Source of the DNA: a virus
Lineage: Duplodnaviria; Caudoviricetes
DNA length: 30,116 nt
Virus record (IMG/VR): IMGVR_UViG_3300037423_001122
Location: 1 to 30,116 of that record
Direction: 5' to 3' (one strand)
Shown: positions 17,210-26,039 of the stretch, piece after piece
Layout of the letters: each line of letters starts with the position of its first letter
Numbering within the stretch: the stretch's first letter is position 1
Notes under the pieces: model-generated
Told to the model about the DNA's origin: nothing
Database searches by the model: none
What the model saw: only the letters and a program-made list of their open reading frames with translations
Position numbers and translations under genes: made by a program

Positions 17210-17773
17210 ATGCCCACAGTTCGCATTACGCAGCCGACGGTGGAACCCGTCACGCTGGAGCGCGCGAAGCTCCACCTGCGTGTCGAAAGCGCTGATGAAG
17301 ACGCGCTTATCAGCGCATACATCAGCGCCGCACGCGAGATGGCCGAGGGTGTAACCGGCCGCGCCATCGCGCTGAGCACCTGGGAGATGCGCACCGACGC
17401 ATTCAGCTCAGCCCTGCGCCTGGACTGGCCCAGCGTGCAATCCGTCGCTGAGGTGCAGTTCCTGGACCCCGCCGGCGAGCTGCTGACGCTGGACCCGCAG
17501 GACTACGAGCTGGACAACGCCAGCGACGTCGCCCCCGCCTGGCTGGTACCCAAGCCGGGCCTCGCATGGCCCGCCACGGCCGCGCGGGTGAACGCCGTGC
17601 GTGTGCGCTATACGGCCGGCTACGCGACGCCGGCGGAGGTGCCTCAGCCGCTTTGCATCTGGATGCTCGTGCACGTGGGCGCGATGTACGCGAACCGGGA
17701 GGCGGTCGGAAAGGATCTGAAGCCGTTGCCGTACTTGGACAGGCTGCTGGACCCCTACAGGGTTTGGGCATGA
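17210..17773 (+). CDS. Head-tail connector (gp6 / phiE125 gp8-like)
   Basis: EPVTLERAKLHLRV...EDALI..YI.AARE.AE, and YANRE..LLDPYR. Confidence 0.92.
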   Translation: MPTVRITQPTVEPVTLERAKLHLRVESADEDALISAYISAAREMAEGVTGRAIALSTWEMRTDAFSSALRLDWPSVQSVAEVQFLDPAGELLTLDPQDYELDNASDVAPAWLVPKPGLAWPATAARVNAVRVRYTAGYATPAEVPQPLCIWMLVHVGAMYANREAVGKDLKPLPYLDRLLDPYRVWA

Positions 17774-18102
17774 ACGCCGGCGAACTCGATACCCGCATCA
17801 CGATCCAGCGCCGCCAGTCGGGCCGCGACAGCGTTGGCCAGCCGGTGGAGACATGGACAGACGTCTGCACCTGCTGGGCCAGCGTTAAAACGCCCATTGG
17901 CATGGAGGCCATTCGCGCCGGTGCAAGCGTTGCAACCACGCTGGTCAGCATCCGCATTCGCTACCGCACCGGTCTCGATGCTGGCATGCGCGTCGTGCGT
18001 GTGCGCGATGACCAGATCTACAACATCACACGGCCGCCGCTAAGCGACCGGAGGGCGGACCGCGTGGACATCTTGGCCGAGGCTGTGAATGCTCGAAGCT
18101 GA
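17770..18102 (+). CDS. Head closure protein (SPP1 gp16-like)
   Basis: MNAGELDTRITIQ...W.DV..CWA...IRIRYR.GL...MRV. Confidence 0.92.
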   Translation: MNAGELDTRITIQRRQSGRDSVGQPVETWTDVCTCWASVKTPIGMEAIRAGASVATTLVSIRIRYRTGLDAGMRVVRVRDDQIYNITRPPLSDRRADRVDILAEAVNARS

Positions 18103-18580
18103 GTTTGATGAGGATGGCGCGTGCGCGTGGATAGACGCGGTGTTCGGCGATGCACAAGAGGCTCTGCGCCCAGCTGCGCAGGCCGCGGCGCAGGTGCTGT
18201 ATGACGAGGCCCTGATGCGTGTCCCGGTGTCTGGCCAGCACGTCGGCAAGGGCGGCAAGCTCTACCCGGGCGGTGCGCTGAAGGCCGCCGTCTACCAGGC
18301 GTTTTCCACCGACAACAGCAGTGCAGCGCAGGCCACGTACCACGTCAGCTGGAACGCTGCGAAGGCTCCGCATGGCCACCTCATTGAGTATGGCCACTGG
18401 CAGCCATACCGGGTTGTTCGCTACGCCAACGGCAACTTCGTGACCATCAAGACCGAGAAGCTGGACAGCCCGAAATGGGTGCCAGCGCATTCGTTCATTC
18501 GCGCGAGCCACGACGCCAAGGCCGCGGCCGCGCTGCAGGCCGGCGCGGCCGAGTGGCTACGCCGCATGAAAGGGCAGTGA
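18089..18580 (+). CDS. HK97 gp10-family tail completion protein
   Basis: APHGHLIEYG and PAHSFIR motifs. Confidence 0.88.
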   Translation: MLEAEFDEDGACAWIDAVFGDAQEALRPAAQAAAQVLYDEALMRVPVSGQHVGKGGKLYPGGALKAAVYQAFSTDNSSAAQATYHVSWNAAKAPHGHLIEYGHWQPYRVVRYANGNFVTIKTEKLDSPKWVPAHSFIRASHDAKAAAALQAGAAEWLRRMKGQ

Positions 18581-18936
18581 TGACGCTCGAAGAACTGTTC
18601 GTCGTGGCCCTGTCGCCGCTGCTGTCCGACCAGCTGTTCCCGGTCACCGCGCCGGAGAACACGCCGCTGCCGTACGGCGTATATCAGCAGATTGGCGGCA
18701 TTCCGCTCAACTACACCGGCGGCGACATCCCGGATCGCCGCAATGCGCGCATACAGCTCAACATCTGGTCCGTGCGCTATATCGACGCACTGCAGCTCAT
18801 GAAGCAAGCGCAGGACGTCATGCGCCAGGCCGACGGCCTGGAGGTCGTGCTCGACGGTGAGTTCTCGGACGCGTCCGACACCGAGCTGGGCCGCTACGGC
18901 GTGCGCCAGGATTTTAGCGTCTGGGGCCCGCGCTAG
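18580..18936 (+). CDS. Tail terminator, DUF3168 family
   Basis: FPVTAP....PYGVYQQIGG, RIQLNIWS, QDFSVW. Confidence 0.88.
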   Translation: MTLEELFVVALSPLLSDQLFPVTAPENTPLPYGVYQQIGGIPLNYTGGDIPDRRNARIQLNIWSVRYIDALQLMKQAQDVMRQADGLEVVLDGEFSDASDTELGRYGVRQDFSVWGPR

Positions 18937-18957
18937 CGTTACCCACGCAACAACTGC

Positions 18958-18983
18958 AGCCGCCCGCGAGGCGGCTTTCTTTT
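18958..18983 (+). terminator. Hairpin/terminator before tail tube gene
   Basis: AGCCGCC-CGCGA-GGCGGCT-TTCTTTT. Confidence 0.6.
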
Positions 18984-19019
18984 GCCCGCCTCGCGGGCGC
19001 TTTCACTGAAAGGGCCAAA

Positions 19020-19667
19020 ATGGCTTCCACCCCCTCCGGCATGGTCCATTCGATCGCGAGCGGCTTCGCGGCATCGAAGACGATCGAGGCGATCACCAAC
19101 GCGACCGAGGCCGTCATCACGAGCACCGCCCATGGCTACGCCAACGGCGACATTCTCGAAATGTCCAGCGGCTGGACCAGGGCCAACCTGGTCGTGGTCC
19201 GCGTCAAATCCACGGCCGCGAACACGTTCGTGGCCGAGGGCTTTGACACCAGCGACACCACGCTGTTCCCGGCCGGCTCCGGCATCGGCTCTGTGCGCAA
19301 GGTTAGCGGCTGGACGCAGATCGCCCAGATCCACAGCCCGCAGGTCAGCGGCGGCGAGCCCAAGGAAGTGAACTACAAGTACCTGGAAGACGACCAGGAG
19401 CGCATCGTCTACGACGGATTCAGCGCGCTGAAAGAATCGTTCGAGGTTGACGCCGACAGCGCCGGTACGCCTGGCTGGATCGCAATGCTGGCCGCGACGC
19501 GCGCCGGCACGAACACGGTCATCCGCAAGCAGCTGCGGTCGGGTGCGGTGATCTACGAGTCGTGCAAAGTCGCGCTGAACCCGAACCCGAGGATCAGCGA
19601 GGGCAACACCATGCGCTGCGCCGTCGGCATCGCGGTGAACAGCAACGCGACCCGCTACGCGTCCTGA
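19020..19667 (+). CDS. Tail tube (major tail) protein
   Basis: AITNA.EAV....HG...GD....SGW, WTQI.Q.....SGGEP signature. Confidence 0.92.
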   Translation: MASTPSGMVHSIASGFAASKTIEAITNATEAVITSTAHGYANGDILEMSSGWTRANLVVVRVKSTAANTFVAEGFDTSDTTLFPAGSGIGSVRKVSGWTQIAQIHSPQVSGGEPKEVNYKYLEDDQERIVYDGFSALKESFEVDADSAGTPGWIAMLAATRAGTNTVIRKQLRSGAVIYESCKVALNPNPRISEGNTMRCAVGIAVNSNATRYAS

Positions 19668-19718
19668 CGTCTGCACGTCATTGCAATGCCATGCGCCGGC
19701 CTGCGGGCCGGCTTTCAC

Positions 19719-19750
19719 GCCCGCTGGGTAGCTCCCACGCGGGCTTTTTT
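19719..19750 (+). terminator. Intrinsic terminator after tail tube gene
   Basis: GCCCGC-TGGG-TAGCT-CCCAC-GCGGGC-TTTTTT. Confidence 0.65.
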
Positions 19751-19778
19751 CTGACCACAAAACAGCGAGAACATCACC

Positions 19779-20240
19779 ATGGCCAAGATTCAGAGCCTTC
19801 AGCGTCCCGGACCGTTCAAGAAAGTCGTCGACATACCGACGGCCGACGGCATCGCACAAGTCGAGTTCACGTTCAAGTACCGCAAACGCACGGAGCTCGC
19901 TGCTCTGCAGGACTCGATCATCGAAGACGCACGCAAGGCCGCGGCCGAAGCCCAGGCCAAGGCGGATGCTGAGGCCAAGGCTCAGGCAGCAGCTCCCGCC
20001 ACCGAAAGCGCGGCGGCGGAGTCGAAGCCGCCCGCGCCCATCAATCACCACACGACGTTCACCGCGCATCTCATCCGCAACGGTGCTCAGTACATCGTGG
20101 ACGTCGCTGACGGCTGGGACCTAGCCGAGGGCCTCGCGCTCGAAACTGCACAGGAATTCGTGGACCTGTACGCCGGTGCCATCCCCGCGATTGCCCAGGC
20201 CTACAACTCCGCACTGACGGACGCGCGACTGGGAAACTGA
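19779..20240 (+). CDS. Tail assembly chaperone (gpG-like)
   Basis: F...V.IP......VEFTFKYR, GWDL, ends RLGN. Confidence 0.9.
   Translation: MAKIQSLQRPGPFKKVVDIPTADGIAQVEFTFKYRKRTELAALQDSIIEDARKAAAEAQAKADAEAKAQAAAPATESAAAESKPPAPINHHTTFTAHLIRNGAQYIVDVADGWDLAEGLALETAQEFVDLYAGAIPAIAQAYNSALTDARLGN
20231..20237 (+). other. Programmed -1 frameshift site GGGAAAC
   Basis: G GGA AAC TGA; the -1 frame is open through to the ORF at 20273-20554. Confidence 0.9.
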
Positions 20241-20272
20241 GAAGCGCCGCGCGGGCTATCTATGCGCGGCCA

Positions 20273-20554
20273 ATGTCGGCCGCGCAGATGCAGGCCTCAG
20301 GTTTCCAGCCCGAGGATTTCGATGACGACATCCTCGAAATCTGGGCGGAGAACCTGGAGACCTGGCTGCTGTTCCGACGCCTGCGCACGCAGTGGCGCGT
20401 GGGCGTGAACGGCGCAACCGGGCTCGATCACAACGTGCTGTTGCAGCACCTCGCGGCGCGAGATCTCACCGCTGCTGAGCGGAATGCGATCGTCGACGAC
20501 ATCGTCGTCATGGAAGAGGCCGCAATGGCCGAAATGCGCAGGGACCAGAGATGA
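20273..20554 (+). CDS. gpT-like (DUF1799) chaperone extension
   Basis: IWAEN...W.LF..L.TQWRVG..GATGLD; likely made as a G-T fusion. Confidence 0.9.
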   Translation: MSAAQMQASGFQPEDFDDDILEIWAENLETWLLFRRLRTQWRVGVNGATGLDHNVLLQHLAARDLTAAERNAIVDDIVVMEEAAMAEMRRDQR

Positions 20555-23500
20555 CCACCGCAACCCACAAGGCCCAGCTTGAAGTTACGGCCAACGGTGA
20601 CAGCCTGCAGGCCGTCGCTGCGCAGGGCAAGCGCTCGCTGCGCGATCTCGGCCAAGCCGCGCGTGACGCCAGCCGCGAGGCCGCTGACGGCATACGCGAA
20701 ATCGGCCGCGGCGGCACTGAGGCGGCCCGTGGCGTTGACACCGCAACACGGCAGATCGAGCGCACGCTCGAACGCACGATCGCCTCGTTCGAGGCGGGTG
20801 AGCGTGGCAGCCGCAAGTTCTTCGAGAGCTTGGCCGCGTCCCGCGGCGCGGATCTCGCTCGCCTGCAGCCGTTGCTGGATCAGCTCGATGCCGCGCGTGC
20901 CAAAGCCGAGGCTGCGGCCGCGGCCGAACGCCAGCGCGCCGAGGTGGCCGCTGCGGCGGCCAGCCGCAGCGCCGCCGCGGAACAGGCCCTGGCCAACATC
21001 CGCGCCGCGGCCCAGCGCGCGGAGCGCGAGGCCTACGCCGCCGAACAGGCCGCGCTGGCCAGCGCGGCCAAGGCCCGGCAGGACTTCATTGCGGGCCTTG
21101 AGCGCCAGGTGACGGCCATCGGCAAGACGCGCGCCGAGTTGCTTGAGCTGCAGGCTGCGCAGATGGGTGTGAGCACGCAGGCCGCGCCGTTCATCGCGCG
21201 CCTGCGCGACGCTGAGAAGCAGCTCGACAAGGGCGCCGGCGCCGCGGACCAGATGGCGTTCGCAATGCGCATGATCCCGATGCAGATGACGGATGTCGTC
21301 ACGTCGCTCGTGGGCGGACAAGGGGCGTTTCTCGTGCTGCTGCAGCAGGGCGGCCAGATCAAAGACATGTTCGGCGGCATTGGCCCGGCGGCCAAGGCCA
21401 TGGGCAGCTACGTCGGGGGCCTGGTCACACCGTACACCGTCGTGGCAGCGGCCGCCGCCGCGTTGGCCGTCGCCCATGAACAGGGGGCAAGCGAAGCGCG
21501 CGGGTACACGCGCGAGATGACGCTCAGCGGCAATGCCGCTGGGGTCACCGCGGGTCAGCTGCAGGGCCTCGCTGCGGCCGTCTCGGCCGAGGTCGGCACG
21601 CAGGCCAGCGCGGCCGCGGCCCTGGCAGCCCTCGTTGCAACCGGGCGCGTTGGCGCGGAGCAGATGCAATCCGCCGGCGCCGCGGCCGTGGCGATACAGC
21701 GCGAGCTGGGCGCGTCCGTCGGCGAGACGGCCAAGACGTTCAACGACTTGGGCAAAGCGCCGCTGCAGACGACGCTGCGGCTCAATGAGCAGTACCACTA
21801 CCTGACGGCCGCGGTCCTGCAGCAGATCACCGCGCTGGAGCGCGAAGGCAAGACCGAAGAGGCAGCCGCAATTGCGCAGCAGGCCTATGCCGACGCGATG
21901 AAGTCGCGCATGGACCGGCTGCAGGACAACCTTGGCGGGCTGGAGAAGGCGTGGCGCGCCGTCAAGTCGGCCGCATCCAGCGCGTGGGACTCGATGCTGG
22001 ACGTCGGCCGTGAGCAGACGCTGGACGACAAAGTGGCCGCTGCCGCGGCCAAGGTGGCAATGCTGGAGCGGCAGCAGCTCGGCCGCCAGGCGCTCACCGC
22101 GGCCGGCGTCAAGATGCCGGCTGAGGACTCCTCAGATCTCGATGCTGCCCGAGAGCAATACAGGTTGCTCACGAGCCAGGCCGCGGCCCAGCGCGGCGCG
22201 GCGACCGCTGCAGCGGAGCAGGCTACGGCAGTAGAGGCCTTGGCCAAATGGAACCGCGACATCATTCCGTCGTTGAGCACCCAGCGCCGCATGCAGCAAG
22301 AGATCACGGCGGCTCAAGCGGAGGCCGCACGCGCAAAACAAGCGGAAGGCGCGAATCAGGCCGAGATTGACCAGCAGCTGACCCGGCGCATCGCCCTGAT
22401 CCGTCAGTCGTATGACACCGGCGAGGACGTCGTGCGAGTGCAGGCGTCTGAACAGCAGCGACTGGAGGTGATCAAGCGCGCGCAGGGGCAGATCGATCTG
22501 CTGCGCGCTACGGGCTACATCAACGAGCGCACGCAGATTGAGGAGACCACGCGCCTGGACATCGCCGCGCTCGAAGTCCAGAAGCAAGGGCTGGTAGCAG
22601 AGCAGGCAATTGCGGCGCGCAAGATCAACAACCGGCAGGAAGTGGCCCGGCTGGGCATGCAGATCGCCAACATAGACGCGCAGATCGAGACCCGTCGCCA
22701 GGACGGCATCAACGAAACAACGAAGCTGGAATACAAGCAGGCACAGGCCGTGTATGCCGTAGTCCAGGCCCAGCGCCAGGAATACGCTGATGACACCGCC
22801 CGCGCCATAGTTGAGCAGTCCAAGGCTCGCGAGCAGCTCGCACTTTCGATGTACGAGCAACGGCGTGCCCTGCAAGACCAGGGCGAGGTGGACCGCCTGG
22901 AGCTGTCGATGATGGGCGCCTCAAGCCAGGCCCGGCAAGTCGCCATCGCGCAGCTGCGCATTGAGCAGCAGTTGCGGCAGCAGATCGAGAAGATCAAGGC
23001 CACGGCGGCGCCGGAGAACATGGATGCCGAGGCGTGGCGTTCGGCGCAGATTGCACAAGCCACGCAGATTGCTACGGAGGTCGCGGCGCAGGCCCAGACG
23101 CGCGTGTATCTCGATGAATGGCAGCGCATGACCGACCAGCTCAGCCAGTCGCTCACGGACGACATCATGCGCGGCGGCAAAAATGGCCTTGACTACCTGG
23201 TGGACTACGCCCGCACCCTGGTGCTGCGGCCCATCGTGCAGGCCGTGGTGCAGCCCCTCACCGGCGCGATCGGCAGTTTGCTCGCACCCAGCGCGACGGG
23301 CTCCGGCGCCGCCGGCGGCATCAGCGCGCTCAGTGCCGTGAGCACCATCAACAGCCTGTACAGCGCGTACACGGCCGGGCTCACCAGCACGTTCGCAAAT
23401 GCAATCGGCAGCGCCGGCAGCATGTTCGGCTCCAGCGTGCTGAGCAGTTTCGCCAGCGGCATGCGCGGCGCGTCCATGGGCGCAGGCCTGGCTGGCCCCA

Positions 23501-25113
23501 CAACCGCCGGTTCGACCGGTGCAATGGGCCTGGGCGTGTCCGCGGCGAAAATGCTGCCCGTCATCGGCTGGATCGCAGCCGGCATGCAGCTCAACGGCTC
23601 GCTGTGGGACCGGGGCTGGCAGTACAAGAGCAGCGATCTGCCGGGCCTGCTGCGGCCCGCTGGCTGGTTCTATGACGGGCTGATGGGTGGGCCGCTGCTG
23701 GACAAATTGTTCGGCGGCAAAACGGCAAGCATGCTCACCGGCTCATCGCTCGTTGCGCGGGCATTCGGTCGCAAGGCTCCGCGTATCGAACAGCAAGGCA
23801 TCGAAGGCACTTTCAGCGGCAACGGTTTCACGGGCAACGCCTACGCCGACATCGTGCGCAAGGGAGGCTGGTTCCGGTCTGACAAGCACTGGACAGAAAC
23901 CAGCGCACTGGACGCCGCGCTGCAGCAGCATCTCAGCGAGACGTTCACCGGGCTGCGCACCAGCGTCGCCGACATGGCAACGTCGCTGGGTCAGCCCGTG
24001 GCCGCGATCCAGAGCTACAGCAAGCAGATTCGTCTCGCGTTCACCGCCGACGATGCGGCAAACCAGCAGCTGCTGGCGGACACGTACGCGAACATGGGCG
24101 AGGACCTGGCCAAGGCCGTGCTGGGCCAGGTCGGCCTGGAGATGTCGCAAAGCGGCGAAACGGCCGCGCAGACGCTATCTCGGCTGTCCGAGCGCCTGAG
24201 GCTTGTCAACGGAGATCTGGACGCGCTGGGCGACAAGCTGCTGACGTTGAACCTGGCCAGCGGCGACGCAGCCAGCCAGTTGGTGGACCAGTTTGGCGGT
24301 GCGGACGCGTACTCCGCTGCGATGCAGCGCTACTACGAAAGCTATTACAGCGACGCAGAGCGCACCGCCACGCTCACGCGTCAGCTCACCGCGCAGTTCC
24401 GCACCCTGGGCTACGCGCTGCCCAGCAACCGCGCGCAACTGCGCGAGTGGATCGACACGCTGATCAACGGCAACGGGCTGCTGACCGATTCTGGCCGGCA
24501 CACGGTCGCCTCGTTGATCGGTCTGAGCGATGCGTTTGCAACGGTCACCGACAGCGCGAAATCGGCGGGCCAGGCGCTGCGGGACGAGATCCTGCGCCTG
24601 CGCGGCGTGGACGGCAGCAACGCAACGAACCCCGTGGCGCTGTGGGCGCAGTTCGCAATGCAGACGTCTGCAGCCCGCGCCGGTGACGCCTCGGCGCTGG
24701 CCGCGCTGCCGCAGCTGTCGCACTCGCTCGATGAGCTGCTTGCGGACACGTCCGGCAGCTCGGTCGAGTACGCGCTCGCCCGGGCAAGGCTCGCGGCAAG
24801 CCTGGAGCAGACCATGCGGATCACCGTGCCGGCGTATGCGGACGGCGGGAGTCACCCCGGCGGCCTGGCAATCGTCGGCGACGGCGGCGGGCCGGAGCTC
24901 GTCGACCTGGGCCCGTCGCGTGTCTACAGCTACGAGCAGACGCGGTCGCTGCTGAGCACGTCTGATCTGGCGGACCAGCTCGCAGCGCTGACCCGGCGCG
25001 TGGACCGACTCGTCGAGGTGTCCGAGGCGACGGCCGGGCACACCGCTGATACGTCAGACCGGCTGCGCCGGTTGACCGACGACAACGCGCTGTTGATCAG
25101 GGAGGCAGATTGA
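20551..25113 (+). CDS. Tail tape measure protein
   Basis: 1520 aa, Ala-rich and helical; lambda-type QMTDVVTSL.GGQ....VLLQQGGQIKDMFGG; C-terminal YADGG...VG..GPELV. Confidence 0.96.
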   Translation: MTTATHKAQLEVTANGDSLQAVAAQGKRSLRDLGQAARDASREAADGIREIGRGGTEAARGVDTATRQIERTLERTIASFEAGERGSRKFFESLAASRGADLARLQPLLDQLDAARAKAEAAAAAERQRAEVAAAAASRSAAAEQALANIRAAAQRAEREAYAAEQAALASAAKARQDFIAGLERQVTAIGKTRAELLELQAAQMGVSTQAAPFIARLRDAEKQLDKGAGAADQMAFAMRMIPMQMTDVVTSLVGGQGAFLVLLQQGGQIKDMFGGIGPAAKAMGSYVGGLVTPYTVVAAAAAALAVAHEQGASEARGYTREMTLSGNAAGVTAGQLQGLAAAVSAEVGTQASAAAALAALVATGRVGAEQMQSAGAAAVAIQRELGASVGETAKTFNDLGKAPLQTTLRLNEQYHYLTAAVLQQITALEREGKTEEAAAIAQQAYADAMKSRMDRLQDNLGGLEKAWRAVKSAASSAWDSMLDVGREQTLDDKVAAAAAKVAMLERQQLGRQALTAAGVKMPAEDSSDLDAAREQYRLLTSQAAAQRGAATAAAEQATAVEALAKWNRDIIPSLSTQRRMQQEITAAQAEAARAKQAEGANQAEIDQQLTRRIALIRQSYDTGEDVVRVQASEQQRLEVIKRAQGQIDLLRATGYINERTQIEETTRLDIAALEVQKQGLVAEQAIAARKINNRQEVARLGMQIANIDAQIETRRQDGINETTKLEYKQAQAVYAVVQAQRQEYADDTARAIVEQSKAREQLALSMYEQRRALQDQGEVDRLELSMMGASSQARQVAIAQLRIEQQLRQQIEKIKATAAPENMDAEAWRSAQIAQATQIATEVAAQAQTRVYLDEWQRMTDQLSQSLTDDIMRGGKNGLDYLVDYARTLVLRPIVQAVVQPLTGAIGSLLAPSATGSGAAGGISALSAVSTINSLYSAYTAGLTSTFANAIGSAGSMFGSSVLSSFASGMRGASMGAGLAGPTTAGSTGAMGLGVSAAKMLPVIGWIAAGMQLNGSLWDRGWQYKSSDLPGLLRPAGWFYDGLMGGPLLDKLFGGKTASMLTGSSLVARAFGRKAPRIEQQGIEGTFSGNGFTGNAYADIVRKGGWFRSDKHWTETSALDAALQQHLSETFTGLRTSVADMATSLGQPVAAIQSYSKQIRLAFTADDAANQQLLADTYANMGEDLAKAVLGQVGLEMSQSGETAAQTLSRLSERLRLVNGDLDALGDKLLTLNLASGDAASQLVDQFGGADAYSAAMQRYYESYYSDAERTATLTRQLTAQFRTLGYALPSNRAQLREWIDTLINGNGLLTDSGRHTVASLIGLSDAFATVTDSAKSAGQALRDEILRLRGVDGSNATNPVALWAQFAMQTSAARAGDASALAALPQLSHSLDELLADTSGSSVEYALARARLAASLEQTMRITVPAYADGGSHPGGLAIVGDGGGPELVDLGPSRVYSYEQTRSLLSTSDLADQLAALTRRVDRLVEVSEATAGHTADTSDRLRRLTDDNALLIREAD

Positions 25114-26021
25114 TGCAACCGCTGCAGTACTTGCTGCCGACTGCGGTCTCCGATGCAGTGCTCGTTTCGAGCACCGTGCCGGAGACCGACTACGCGGCGT
25201 GGAACGCCGCCACGAACTACACGCTGGGCCAGCGCTGCATCCGCAGCACGACGCACAGCGTGTACGTGCGCCTGATCGCGGGCGTGTCCGCCACGGCGCC
25301 GGAAAACGACGCCGTGAACTGGAAACGGGAGGGGCCGACGAATCGTTGGGCGATGTTCGATGGTGCCGTAGGCACGTCGACGTCGGCCAGCGGCAGTATT
25401 TCCGTCACGCTGCAGCCGGGGATTGTCCAAGGCATTTTCCTGGGCGACCTGCAGGCGGATTCCGTCACGATCACGATGACCCAGGCCGGGCGCACGGTGT
25501 ACCAGCGTTATCTCGGTCCTGGAAATCTCCGTGCTCCGGTGAACAACTGGTATGACTATTACTACGGCACGATCCGCAGCCGGCGAGTTCTGGTATTCAC
25601 GAACTTGCCTGCTTATTACGACGCGACGATTACCGTCACGCTGAACAGCACCGGCACGGCATCACTGGGGATGCTGGCGGTCGGCTCTCTGCACGACGTT
25701 GGCGACAAGCTGGATAAGCCTGGCGGCGGCGGAATCGATTACAGCAAATTCACGACAGACGATTATGGCGTCACGACTATCACGCCGCGCAAAACTGTGC
25801 GGACCATTTCGTTTGTTGTGGTGGTGGAGAACACGGAGACTGATTTCGTGACCGACAGGCTGGACTCAACTCACGCTACACCATGCGTCTGGATCGGCTC
25901 CCAGAAGTTTGCAAGTCTCGTGGTCTACGGACTGTGCAAATCGTGGAAATTCGTCATCAGCGGATCGTCAAAAACGCAATACAACCTGGAAATCCAGGGG
26001 ATCATTTACGGGTCGAACTGA
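25113..26021 (+). CDS. Tail-tip (distal tail-like) protein with small carbohydrate-binding-like insert
   Basis: Follows TMP with TGATG coupling; W.AAT.Y..G motif, GPTNRWAMFD, IDYS....DDYG. Confidence 0.7.
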   Translation: MQPLQYLLPTAVSDAVLVSSTVPETDYAAWNAATNYTLGQRCIRSTTHSVYVRLIAGVSATAPENDAVNWKREGPTNRWAMFDGAVGTSTSASGSISVTLQPGIVQGIFLGDLQADSVTITMTQAGRTVYQRYLGPGNLRAPVNNWYDYYYGTIRSRRVLVFTNLPAYYDATITVTLNSTGTASLGMLAVGSLHDVGDKLDKPGGGGIDYSKFTTDDYGVTTITPRKTVRTISFVVVVENTETDFVTDRLDSTHATPCVWIGSQKFASLVVYGLCKSWKFVISGSSKTQYNLEIQGIIYGSN

Positions 26022-26039
26022 CAAAGTAGAAGGGACAGT

